Source: Malacoraja senta
Taxonomy: Eukaryota
Length of the DNA: 64,000 nt
Direction of reading: 5' to 3'
Assembly: GCA_038087875.1 (NCBI GenBank)
Contig: CM075996.1
Location: 4,652,001 to 4,716,000, forward strand
In this document: in pieces, positions 51,243 through 62,080 of the stretch
How positions within the stretch are numbered: the first letter of the stretch is position 1
Layout: the number at the start of each line of letters is the position of its first letter
Made by a program: the position numbers and the translations under genes
The notes under the pieces: model-generated
What the model was told of the DNA's origin: nothing
The model's database searches: none
What the model saw: only the letters and a program-made list of their open reading frames with translations

Positions 51243-51683
51243 CACTTAGGAGAATGGAGCAGCTGGGCTTGTACACTCTGGAGTTTAGAAGGATGAGAGG
51301 GGATCTCATTGAAACATATAGGATTATTAAGGGTTTGGACACGCTAGAGGCAGGAAACATGTTCCCGATGTTGGGGGAGTCCAGAACCAGGGGCCACAAT
51401 TTAAGAATAAGGGGTAAGCCATTTAGAACGGAGGCGAGGAAACACTTTTTCTCACAGAGAGTGGTGAGTCTGTGGAATTCTCTGCCTCAGAGGGCGGTGG
51501 AGGCAGGTTCTCTGGATGCTTTCAAGAGAGAGCTAGATAGGGCTCTTGAAGATAGCGCAGTCAGGGGATATGGGGAGAAGGCAGGAACGGGGTACTGATT
51601 GGGGATGATCAGCCATGATCACATTGAATGGCGGTGCTGGCTCGAAGGGCCGAATGGCCTGCTGCATCTATTGTCTATTGTCT
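51243..51683 (+). mobile_element. young 5'-truncated CR1
   Basis: Open frame EQLGLYTLEFRRMRGDLIETY...GYGEKAGTGY*, a (ctattgt)n tail and a 7-bp TSD attaact (51236-51242, 51684-51690). Confidence 0.92.
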
Positions 51684-52011
51684 ATTAACTTAAGTAGTTA
51701 AATTAAGTGGAGTGGTTCTCGATCAGTGTGGCAATGCTGCATGCTATATCTATGACGGGAACCAGCCCTGAGCTGCAATGTTGTTTTACTAATATATCAC
51801 ACCATTATCAAGGTGTACTTAACGGTCAGCATATACAAGGTCAGCTAAAGAGCAAATTACTGCAATTCCGCTAGTATATGATTCTACGGCCACGTTAACT
51901 ATTGAACTGTGAAAGGGAAAATAATAAGGTTGACAACTCGGATTAGATGGATTCCAGAAGGTTCTGTAGCAATCTCCTCAATCCCAACCTTGTCAATATT
52001 TTTTCCTACCT

Positions 52012-52222
52012 ATCTGTGGAATTCTCTGCCTCAGAGGGCGGTGCAGGCAGGTTCTCTGAATACTTTCAAGAGAGAGCTAGATAAGGCTCTTAAAAATAGC
52101 AGAGTCAGGGGATATGGGGAGAAGGCAGGAACGGGGTACTGATTGGGGATGATTAGCCATGATCACATTGAATGGCCAAATGGCCTACTCCTGCACCTGT
52201 TGTCTATTGTCTATTGTCTATC
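52012..52222 (+). mobile_element. CR1 3' end
   Basis: LWNSLPQRAV...GYGEKAGTGY* with a (ctattgt)n tail. Confidence 0.9.
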
Positions 52223-52467
52223 TCTGTTATAATTGTCACTTTTGGGCAGGAGACATAGATGGACAAGATCTGTACCAAAGGACCTGGAGATTAAATATCC
52301 TTGGCCTTCAGTTGTCTTAAATTCAGACAGGTCCTCGTCTCTTGCTCCGACTCAAATCCTGATGAAGGAGTCACTGTCTGTTGGTAAATATTAGTGCAGT
52401 CCCATTCCTGTTCGATAACTGATCATCGGGATTTTCTGCTGAATAATGTTGTCCATTTAAAGGGATA

Positions 52468-52766
52468 TACTTACTTACTTACTTAATGCCAATTATGCCT
52501 CCTGGCATGTAGGGCAGCAACGAAGGCCCTCCACTCAGTAGTGTTGATTCCTTCAGTTTCTGTTTCCGTAACATATTTGTTTTACGAGACAGGGTTGTTA
52601 GCCCTGTGCTCAACCTCCAACCTGGAGGACCAGTGGATCACTCTTCGTCTCGCCTCTCTACCCTTCGACCTGTCCAGCATGGGAGACCCTAACAGGAGAC
52701 AAATCTCCCGCTGGCATAGCTCTAGGGTTCACTGAGACACACAAGGACCCCGACCACGACAAGGTT
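52468..52766 (-). mobile_element. bipartite RTE-derived non-autonomous element
   Basis: Minus strand: RTE-type 5' region (ccttgtcgtgg...gagctatgcc...tggtcctccaggttggaggttg...gggctaacaaccc...cgtaaaa) joined to an RTE 3' tail ending in (taag)n. Confidence 0.65.
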
Positions 52767-53054
52767 TCAATCCAACGGGGAGAAATGGATATAAAGGGAA
52801 ACCATTTCCACAGATGGTTGGTCTTGGATTATCATGTAAGATTTGTGAATCTATCCTGGACGCCAGTGCAGCCTTTGTGAAATTTATTTCTCTCTGTAAC
52901 TGTGTTTCCTCCAGGTGCTCTAATTTCATCTGTGTTTTTTTTAATGTTGTGTGAAGATATGAAAAGTAAAAGATGGGATGTCGGGGAGAAATACCAATGG
53001 CAAACCACAGGAGAAAGAGATTGCTGAGTAGAAACCTCTGGACAAATCACAAGG

Positions 53055-53430
53055 AGAGATCTTCACACAAAGGGCGGTGAGTGTATGGAACGAGCTGCCA
53101 GAGGAGGTAGTTGAGGCTGGGACTATCCCAACATTTAAGAAACAGTTAGACAGGTACATGGATAGGACAGGTTTGAAGGGATATTTGAGCAAACGCAGGC
53201 AGGTGGGGCTAGTGTAGCTGGGACATGTCGGCCGGTGTGGTGGAAGATTGCAACCTTCACGTTGTCCGCCCTGTTTCGACTAATGCAATCAACTCGACGT
53301 GCACAAACGGAAGATCAAATAGAACAAGTTGTCCTACAACTTTAGGCTGTGCACGCCACACGAAAGAAGAAGATGTCGGCCGGTGTGGGCAAGTTGGGCC
53401 GAATGGCCTGTTTCCACTCGACGACTATGA
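53055..53430 (+). mobile_element. CR1 3' end carrying a 132-bp insertion (53241-53372)
   Basis: FTQRAVSVWNELPEEVVEAG peptide; perfect 16-bp TSD atgtcggccggtgtgg at 53225-53240 and 53373-53388. Confidence 0.85.
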
Positions 53431-54453
53431 ATATGAGGGTTCCTGGCGTGGGGGAGAGGAGGGGATCCTCGGGAGAGAGACACCGCAGGATTGAGATAAG
53501 GAGGAGAGGTCTGTGGGGGGAGAAGCGATAGCAGAAGGGGAGAAATTGTGAGTCGAGAGGGCAGAGACGGTGGTGGAGAAAGTTGCTGGGGAAGGGGCTA
53601 TGGGACAGTGGTTACAGAGAGAGTGGAAGAGTTTGCTGAAGCATCTGGTGAAGGAAAGATCACGAGGGGTAGAACTTGCCGTGAATCCAGGAGAGGAAGA
53701 TCATATCTTAAGGGATTAGTTGAAGATGTGTGAATGAGTATTGGGTAAGTTCTGGATAAACATTTATCTGCTGCTGCCAACACTCCCTGTCTCCTGTCAG
53801 CTGAGAGATTTCCTGAGCTCCATACAGCCAGTGAATATAACGCTGGAATCTGAACTGCCCCTTGAGAACTGATGACCTGGATTTGAAAGCCGCCAATTCC
53901 TCACAGCTGAACTGGAACTAAGCATGGTCGCAGACAAACCAGTTTCTCATTTGATGGTATTTTAATCCCTCCCACAAACGTCTCTCCTCCCTCCAAACTT
54001 GTGATACTGCAGCTACCACCACATCTCGCTTTTAGTGCAAACGTCAGGAAGCCCTGCCAGACTTGTATGTGGGATATCACCAGGGAGGGGGGGCGTTCCA
54101 GGCACTTACTGCAGTGAAGCAGATCGGAGCTTGGGAGAGAGCACAGAGATCCTCAGACAGTTCCAGGAATGAGAGGCTTCAGCTGGGATAAGCTGGGTAT
54201 TAAGATGGGATTGTGTTTCAGACAGTGAAGGAAAGTGAGATCTAATAAAAAAAATATGACAGGTGTTGATGGAGTGGAATAGCAGAAGCTGTTTTGACTG
54301 CCGGGTGGGATGAAGGGATGTGGAGAGGGCATTGATTTTTTTTTCCCCTAGTGGGTTATTAAGATCTGGAGCTCTACCTGCAAGAGTGGTGATCTTGCAT
54401 AATCAGTTCCGTTAATTATTCATTTATTAGAGAGGTCATCTGACTGAAATACT

Positions 54454-54454
<1 letters not shown>

Positions 54455-54485
<31 letters not shown>
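54455..54485. repeat. (GT)n microsatellite
   Basis: About 15 GT units. Confidence 0.95.
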
Positions 54486-54489
<4 letters not shown>

Positions 54490-54565
54490 GAGCTTCCAGT
54501 GTTAAAGCGTTACTGCTTCTTTGCATTCAAATTAAGTTTGCTGGAGGACATCGAATATTATTATT

Positions 54566-55180
54566 GGTGGCACAGTGGTACAGCTGGTAGAGCTTCTGCC
54601 TCGCATCACCAGAGGACAGGCTTCAATCCTGACCTCGGATGCTGTCCGTGTGGAGTTTGCACGTTCTCCCCCCCCCCCCCCCCCCCCGTGACCACATGGC
54701 TCCGGTTTTCCTCCCACATCCCAAAGACATGCGGGGTTGTAGGTTCAAGAAGGAACTGCAGATGCTGGAGAATCGAAGGTAGACAAAAGTGCTGGAGAAA
54801 CTCAGCGGGTGCGGCAGCATCTATGGAGCGAAGGTAATAGGCGACGTTTTTCGGGCCGAAACCCTTCTTCAGACATCTGTTTTTATACATGCATAGATGG
54901 ATACACACTGCTAGATACACAAATACACGGATTTGAATGGTACACAAACATATTCTGACATGAAGACACAGAGATAAAATATGCATTGATACTATTGACA
55001 TAAGTATCCACATACATGCGGGGCTGTAGGTTAATCGGCCCTCTGTAAATTGCCCCTAGTGTGTAGGGAGTGGATGTGAAAATGAGATAACATGGAACCA
55101 GCATGAAGAGGTGAATGATGATCGGCATGGACTTGGTGGGCTGAAGGGTCTGTTTCCCTGCTGTATCTTTCAATTAAAAC
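54566..55180 (+). mobile_element. V-SINE interrupted by a Penelope-tail insertion (54746-55013)
   Basis: ggtggcacagtggtacagctggtagagc head, V-domain and CR1 tail; 19-bp TSD acatgcggggYtgtaggtt at 54727-54745 and 55014-55032. Confidence 0.88.
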
Positions 55181-56822
55181 TATTTAGCAACTAGGAATTA
55201 GCTTCCACAAGCAAATTGTCATTTGAATCATTAATTCGTGGTTCACCACAGAGAACGGATTGGGTGTGGGTGGAGAAGGAATATGAATAGACCCTTGCAA
55301 TCTAGGGTTTGGCCAAATAGGGACTTGGTCGTGAAATGTTTCAAAAGATCAATCTGAAATATTTTTGTTTTTAATTTTGAGTCTGTGGGCACGACAGACA
55401 AGGCCATTACTAATGTTTTTGTCCTCCGGGAAGAGTATGTGATACAATGTGCCACTGAAGGAGTTAATGCTGATTTGCTTTCCTGTTCACCAGAACCCCT
55501 GATCCACCCTTCTCTGCTTTTTAAACCACAAGATGAAGATGTGGTCCAACTGAGAGAAACCCATCATCCCTGCTTCCTCTGATATGTCAGAACAACGGCG
55601 TGAATACTGGACCGACAGCACGCAGTGTTCAATGAACAAAAGGGTGAGGGAAGTGTTGGTATTCTGAGAGAGATGGAAGCTTGTTGCGTTTGAAGGGCTC
55701 TATCACGGGGATTTGTTGGAACTTGCAGACTCTTGGCTGAGTGGATTCTGATTCCTTGGCGAACACTCACTGATTGTAAGTTGGAATGTGAAGCTGTCGT
55801 TCCTATTGTGCTTATTATTTTCCAATGTCGTTTTCATAAGCAGAATTACTAATTTTCTATTTATATTTACAATTTAAAATGATTTCCATTATTGTTTGAA
55901 TCCATGTTTCCTTTAATGTATGTGGATACTTATGTCTGTTTCATAATAGTATCAATGCATATTTTATCTCTGTGTCTTCATGTCAGAATATGTTTGTGTA
56001 CCATTCAAATCTGTGTATTTGTGTATCGAGCAGTGTGTATCCATCTATGCATGTATAAAAACAGATATCTGTCCGCATGCATCTATAGATTTGTATCTAT
56101 ATGGATGAGACCATCAGTATATGTATAAGTATTTGCATCAGTAGTTATATAATTTGAAATGTGTGCATTGCCCTGTGTGTTTTGGAAGAATATATGATAT
56201 CTACGCAGTGATTATAACTCAAGTGTAAAAACGTGAAAAATTTATACAAAATTTAAATTGTCGGTATTAAAAAATTAAAGCATGGATCCAAAGGGCAAGA
56301 AATGCTTAGGTAGATACAGCCACATTACCAGCTGGGAAGTTAAACGTGATAAAATAATAATTAGATTAGATTCAGAGTAGATCAACATTTAATGATAGGA
56401 TTGTGGAAAAAATGACAATGGAAAAAAATGAAAAATTGAACAGCAAATATACTATTATTGAGCACATAAGTGTTCCTCAACTGCAATTTATTCCTTTAAA
56501 GCTCTCTTAGTGATACATGTACCTGTGGTAACTGAATATCTGGGTTCTGGCTGTAAAGGATGTGCCTTGGTTTTTACTAAGCTGTGATAATAGTTTCAGC
56601 AAGATAGCTGGAGGCTCCGGTGTAAGACATTGGCTGGACCTGAGGAGCAGGTCCCCAGCCTGTCCTCACCTCTGCTTAAGTTTGCTGTTTGCTGAGATGA
56701 GAATAATGCTTCTTCTTCTTGCGAATGAAACATAAACCAAAGGAATAGTTAGATCTCAAGCCGGGTGTTGAGCAGCCAGGTTGTTGTCTCTGTTGGCGTC
56801 AATGTCTGCCAGGCCCTGAGCT

Positions 56823-56940
56823 CCAGGGGGCGGAGATCCCAGGGGGGACAGGGGGGACACGCCCCCCTCTGTTTTGAGAGGTGGGGGCCGATCCCCCCCC
56901 CCCCCCATTTTTTGTGATCCGGATTTTAAAACCCGGTGAA
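56823..56940. mobile_element. possible hAT-like element terminus
   Basis: cagggggcggagatcccaggggggacaggggggac...ccccc pattern; no partner TIR found. Confidence 0.3.
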
Positions 56941-57243
56941 ATCTCCGCTTTGCGCGAGACTGGGGGTGGGACTGCTGATCGAGTTGGACAAGAGAGACAT
57001 CGGTCAGCAGGCAATGGGGGCGGGACATAATGATTCAGCGCGGTGATTGGAGGAGGGAGATGTGGCACAGGATGTGGCCTCATCCACAGCCAGCATCGAT
57101 CCCGGCCGGCTCTCCGGCGCTGTCCCGTCCCCACGCGAGTGCCCCCCCCCACGCCCGGGGATGGCCAGAGATGTCGGGAATCAGACGGGTGTGGTGCCCC
57201 CAGGCCCACAGCCAACGCAGAGAAGCAGCGCTAAACCCAGCTC

Positions 57244-57392
57244 AACTCTGCCTGTCCCGCCAGGTTAACCTACAGCCCTGCCTGGACCTGCGGGAAATAT
57301 GGCCCAGGCTTACAGCCAGCGCGGAGAAGCAGTGCTGGTGTCCCGTCAGTCCAGGCAGGGCTGTAGGTTAACCCGGCGGGACAGGCAGAGTT
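57244..57392. repeat. 149-bp foldback with 44-bp inverted arms
   Basis: aactctgcctgtcccgccaggttaacctacagccctgcctggac (57244-57287) pairs with 57349-57392 with one mismatch. Confidence 0.9.
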
Positions 57393-57925
57393 AAACATAG
57401 AAACATAGAAAGTAGGTGCGAGAGTAGACCACCAGGCCCATCGAGCCCGCACCGCCATTCGCTCATGGCTGAACACTAAACAGACACCCTTACCCACAAA
57501 CAGTAGACACAAGACACAGAACACAAGACACTACCCTCCCCTTTATATCGCTATCACCCCTCTCCACCCCAAGAACCGCGTGATCTCCTGGGGGAGGCAA
57601 AAAACTGGATAAAAACCCAGGTCCAATTCGGGAAAAAAATCCGGGAAATTCCTCTCCGACCCCAATCCAGGCGATCGACACTTGTCCAGGAGATCACTCA
57701 GGTCTTACTATACTAACCATACCTAGGTCCATATCCCTGCCCTCTCCCCGTAGCCCCTTATCCCCTTGGCAGCTAAAAAACCATCTATTTTAGATTTAAA
57801 TATATTTAATGTTTCTGCTTCCACTGCTCCCTGGGGCAGTGAATTCCATAAATTAACCACCCTCTGGGTGAAGAAGTTCTTCCTCATCTCAGTTTTAAAA
57901 GAGCCCCCTCTTATTCTACAACTAT
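57393..57925 (-). mobile_element. CR1 3' end with a long 3' UTR
   Basis: FKTEMRKNFFTQRVVNLWNSLPQGAVEAETLNIFKSKID...* and an (atagaaac)n tail. Confidence 0.85.
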
Positions 57926-58057
57926 GTCCTGCATTTAGTGCTGTATTGAGCCTCCAAAGCCTCGCGTGTGTGTGTGAGTGTGCGCATGATCGCGGCCGCC
58001 AAGAAATTGTGTACCCTGGTCCCCTCCATATTTTGATAGTGATTTCCGTGCCTGCTG

Positions 58058-58255
58058 AGCTCCATTTGGTGGGTGGTAGAGTGGGCACCCAGAGATGACA
58101 TGGTTGGCTGTCTGTTGTTCTGGTCCGCATTCACAGGCTGGGCTCTGGCGGTGCCTCCATCTCCACGCGCTGGATTGAAACGCCCAACTCCAGTACCAAG
58201 TCTGTTGAGCTTCACGCATGCTGAGTTCCGGGAAGTCCTGTTCCCTTGGAACTTA
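58058..58255 (-). mobile_element. Ingi/Vingi-like LINE C-terminal fragment (frameshifted)
   Basis: VKLNRLGTGVGRFN / WRW..RQSPACECGPEQQTANHVISGCPLY with a CCHC knuckle. Confidence 0.55.
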
Positions 58256-58357
58256 AAGCCCTCAAACACAAATTCTAACGTAGAGCAGATAGGAGGTAAT
58301 TCTGACATTGCTGATTTTGTTAACTGCTTCAAAATGGCAGGAAACAGGAGAGAAATA

Positions 58358-58698
58358 CTGACAAAATCCTGATAAGAATAGATCGGGTAGATGCACAGAG
58401 TCTCTTGCCCAGAGTAGGGGAATCGAGGACCAGAGGACATAGGCTTAAGGTGAGAGGGGAAAAGATTTAATAGGAACCTGAGGGATAACTTTTTCAAACA
58501 AAGAGTGATGGGTGTATGGAACGAGCTGCTGGAGGAGGTAGTTGAGGAGGGTACCGTCGAAACGTTTAAGAAATATTTAGACAGGTACATGGATGTAGAG
58601 GGATATAGGCCAAAGACAGATAGTGTAGATGGGACATGTTGGCCGGTGTGGGCAAGTTGGGCCGAAGGGCCTGTTTCCACGCTGTATGAATCTATGGG
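58358..58698 (+). mobile_element. CR1 3' fragment
   Basis: GVWNELLEEVVEEGTVETFKKYLDRYMD peptide and tail gggccgaagggcctgtttccacgctgtatg. Confidence 0.85.
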
Positions 58699-59210
58699 TC
58701 TATCTTTACAGGCGTCCACTAATCCATTGATTTTAATTTGTTTAAAAAAATTAAAATAAAAATAAAAAGATTTTAATTTGTTGTCCAAATTAACATAATT
58801 GTTTAATTAACCTCCTTTATATGCCACAAACAAGGCTTTTGTCTGAGTTGTCTGCTGATGAATATTGGAAAATCACGCTTGACAACAGGATGGGTCCCTG
58901 GATTTCTTGTCGCCTTTCAAAAGAAACCATGATATTGAAATGTTTTAATGTACAAAACAAGCAATAAATGAGTGTCGTCAAGTCCATGCAGAAGGCAGCT
59001 TTTATTATTTTATACTTTCCATTTTATACTGCTCTCCTGAATGTCAATAAATTCTTGATTTCAACAACTTGTCAGAGGCGGTGAGATGAGCTGGCCAATT
59101 AATTTTACAGAAGCTCCATATGTGTGAAACATTGCAAGTGAGCGCAGTTACAAGAATCTCTCACATGCTGGCAACTTTGTCCCACCCAGGAGTCTGCCCT
59201 GACCCTCTAA

Positions 59211-59527
59211 TAGCCCTGTCCCACGGTACGAGTTCATTCCAAGATAAAAAAAATCCAACTCGTGGTAAGCACGGAGAATGAACGTAGCGGGTACGTCGGA
59301 GCTCGGGGACGTCCCTTAGCGGCTCGTAACGCTAACGGCAGGTACTCGGGAAGACTCGCTAACGGCAGGTAAGCACGGGAAGACTTGTGAAGATTTTTCG
59401 ACATGTTGATAAATGTCCACGAGAGCCCCGAGTACCGACGAGTGGCCATTACCGTAAATCTCCGAGTTCGAATCAGGGCAAACTCGGGAGAGCTCTTGGA
59501 ATGAATTCGTACCGTGGGACAGGGCTT
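59211..59527. mobile_element. PIF/Harbinger-like MITE
   Basis: TIR agccctgtcccacggtacgagttcattccaaga / tcttggaatgaattcgtaccgtgggacagggct; TSD TAA. Confidence 0.88.
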
Positions 59528-59713
59528 TAAGCCTTTATCTCGGGGAACTTGCTTACATAGGCACTGAGGGAGACCTTGTCAACCAAAATAAGTAGGCAAC
59601 AGAAAGCAAAAATTTTGATCATGTTATTGTCTATTTAAATTTTGTTGTTTTATCTCTTTACAGAATTTCATCAGCCATTGCGTCTTTAAAACCTCCTCCT
59701 CCTCGACAACAAC

Positions 59714-60060
59714 ATGGCGGACGACTGGAAGGTCTCTGAAAGCCTTGATTTTAGGCCCGGTAGCTTCATAGTTCCAGTCATCTTTTCGCTGATATTCCTT
59801 CTTGGGACTGTGGGGAATGGCCTGGTCCTGGCGGTGTTACTAAGGAAAGGACAGACAAGCTACAGCACAACCAACCTCTTTATCTTAAACCTCAGCATAG
59901 CTGACCTCTTCTTCATCGTCTTCTGCGTCCCCTTTCAAGCCACTATCTACATGCTGGATGGGTGGCTGTTTGGCTCCTTCATGTGTAAAATGGTCCACTT
60001 TTTCATCTACCTCACCATGTATGCCAGCAGCTTCACGCTGGCTGCTGTATCTGTTGACAG
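59714..60060 (+). CDS. GALR3: galanin/spexin receptor, GALR3-like (GALR2/3 family), first coding exon (N-terminus to TM3)
   Basis: MADDW...[18 protein letters not shown]...[14 protein letters not shown]...CVPFQATIY...[18 protein letters not shown](R)|gtaagc. A phase-2 intron in the DRY arginine codon is typical of GALR2/GALR3. GNGLVL, TMYASS and SVDR match GALR3 better than GALR2. Good Kozak context aacATGG, in-frame TAA at 59687 and upstream acceptor tttacag at 59663. Confidence 0.85.
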
Positions 60061-60194
60061 GTAAGCCCATTCACAAGCCCATTTTGTCAGGACTTTTGTC
60101 GGGTCAGGTGGAACAGAAATAACTTTCAGAGAACAACCAGCTGTTAATCCCTGTCAAGCATTTACTCCCCGACATGGTATCTGCAGAGAGGCCA

Positions 60195-60578
60195 GAAACA
60201 GCGGGTGAGGCAGCATCTATGGAGCGAAGGAAATAGGCAACGTTTCGGGTCGAAACCCTTCTTCAGACTGATGTAGATTGGGTGGGGGGGGGGGGGGGGA
60301 TGGGGAGAAGAAAGGAGAAAGGAAGAGGAGGAGCCAGAGGGCTGAGGGAGAGCTGAGAAGGGGAGGAGACAGCAAGGGCTACCGGAAATTGGAGAAGTCA
60401 ATGTTACCGGAAATTGGAGAAGTCAATGGAAATAGGCAATGCTTCAGGTCGAAACCCTTCTTCAGACCCAAAACGTTCCCTATTTCCTTCGCTCCATAGA
60501 TGCTGCCTCACCCACTGAGTTTCTCCAGCATTTATGTCTACCTTCGATTTTCCAGCATCTGCAGTTCCTTCTTAAACA
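60195..60578. mobile_element. composite Penelope-tail insertion (minus, minus, plus segments)
   Basis: Minus-strand tail + UTR, a 24-bp tandem duplication at the junction, a second minus-strand hammerhead segment, then a plus-strand tail ending gcagttccttcttaaac. Confidence 0.85.
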
Positions 60579-60827
60579 GCAGATAAGTTCATAAGTTATA
60601 GGAGCAGAATTAGGCTACGCAGCCCATCAAGTCTACTCTGCCATTCAATCACAGCTGAACTATCTTTCCCTCTCAACCACATTCTCCTGCCTTCTCCCCA
60701 TAACTGCTGACATCCGTTACTAATCAAAATGCTGAAACCTTGTGTAAACACACAGTGCTGGACAATTCAATGCATCTGGCAACATCTCTGGACAACAGTG
60801 AAATACCAACTTTCAAGTTGGGTAGAC

Positions 60828-61075
60828 AAGACCCGAAACGTCACTTATTCCTTCGCCCCATAGATGCTGCCTCACCCGCTGAGTTTCTCCAGCATTTTTG
60901 TCTACCTTCGATTTTTCCCACATCTGCAGTTCTTTCATAAAAGGTTTCAAGTTGCGAATCCTTCTTCAGACTCTAGGGTCTGAAGAAGGGTCCCAACCCG
61001 ATAACGTCACCTATCCGTGACCCCCAGGCAAGCTGTCTGACCCGCTGAGCTTCCTCCAGCATTTTGTGTTCTACT
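60828..61075 (+). mobile_element. clustered Penelope-tail fragments
   Basis: gacccgaaacgtcac...catctgcagttc and gtctgaagaagggtcccaacccgataacgtcacc. Confidence 0.8.
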
Positions 61076-61127
61076 CATTCGCTGTAGAATACATTATTTG
61101 AAATTGATATGGTAAGGCCATAAATAC

Positions 61128-61812
61128 AATAATAATAATAATAATATATCTTTAATGTCATTGCACAGAGGTACAATGAGATTTGGAATGCAACTTCCAT
61201 CCGATGTAATAACTTAATTAGCTAAAGGTTTAGACACCCAGAGAAACAAGATTTTAAAAAAGCAGTTAAAGCAGTATAAAGTGCAAATAGGTCTGTGCCG
61301 GGTCGATGTGCAATGTGACCATCCGAGGGAGACAGTTCATGGGGGGGGGTGGGGGGCACTCAGCAGGGCCGGTTCAGAGCAGCGATAGCTCTGGGGATGA
61401 AGCTGTTCCTAAGTCTGGAGGTGCGGGCGTAGAAGGCCTTGTAATGTCTGCCGGATGATAGAAGTTCGAACAGACTATTGCAAGGAGTCTTTATGAATGC
61501 TGGCGGCCTTCCTGAGGCACCGTGTATAGTAGATGCCCTCCAAGGCTGGTAGCTGCGGCCCAATTATCTTCTGCGCTCTGTGGACGACCCGCTGAAGAGC
61601 TCTCCTCTCCGCCTCCGTGCAGCTGAGATACCACACACAGAGATGCCGTAATGTTAGGATGCTCTCTGTGCTGCAGCGGTAGAAGGTTGTCAGCAGCTGT
61701 TGGGGCAGACCAGTCTTTTTCAATGTTCTCAGGAAGAACAGTCGTTGCTGTGCCTTCTTGACCAGCGCAGCGGTGTTGGTGGACCATGTGAGGTCCTCCG
61801 AAATGTGTGTGT
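61128..61812 (-). mobile_element. Rex1/Babar LINE 3' fragment
   Basis: HISEDLTWSTNTAALVKKAQQRLFFLRTLKK...FYRCSTESILT and RTSRLRNSFIPRAI peptides; (tat)n tail. Confidence 0.85.
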
Positions 61813-62080
61813 GCCCAGAAACCTGCAGCTGGATCGTTACTAATAAACCTAAGCTCAAGAAAAATATTTTATCCAGCGATGGGTTGGAGCGCAACTATCC
61901 GGCAGATGGAACAGTGGAGGCAAAAACATTCGTTGGCATGGAGACGTTGGATAAAGATGCAAGGAAGGAAAGACTAGGAAGGTAAAAGAGACTCAAGAGA
62001 TGAGGGGAGACTTGGGGAAGTGGAGGGGGAGGATTAGCTACAATCTCACTGCAATGTGGTTATGGTGGGATGTGAAGAAA

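Noticed and set aside
57922..58788. 288-aa minus-strand ORF
   Set aside because: It is a chance read-through across an antisense CR1 tail, a spacer and a frameshifted LINE fragment.
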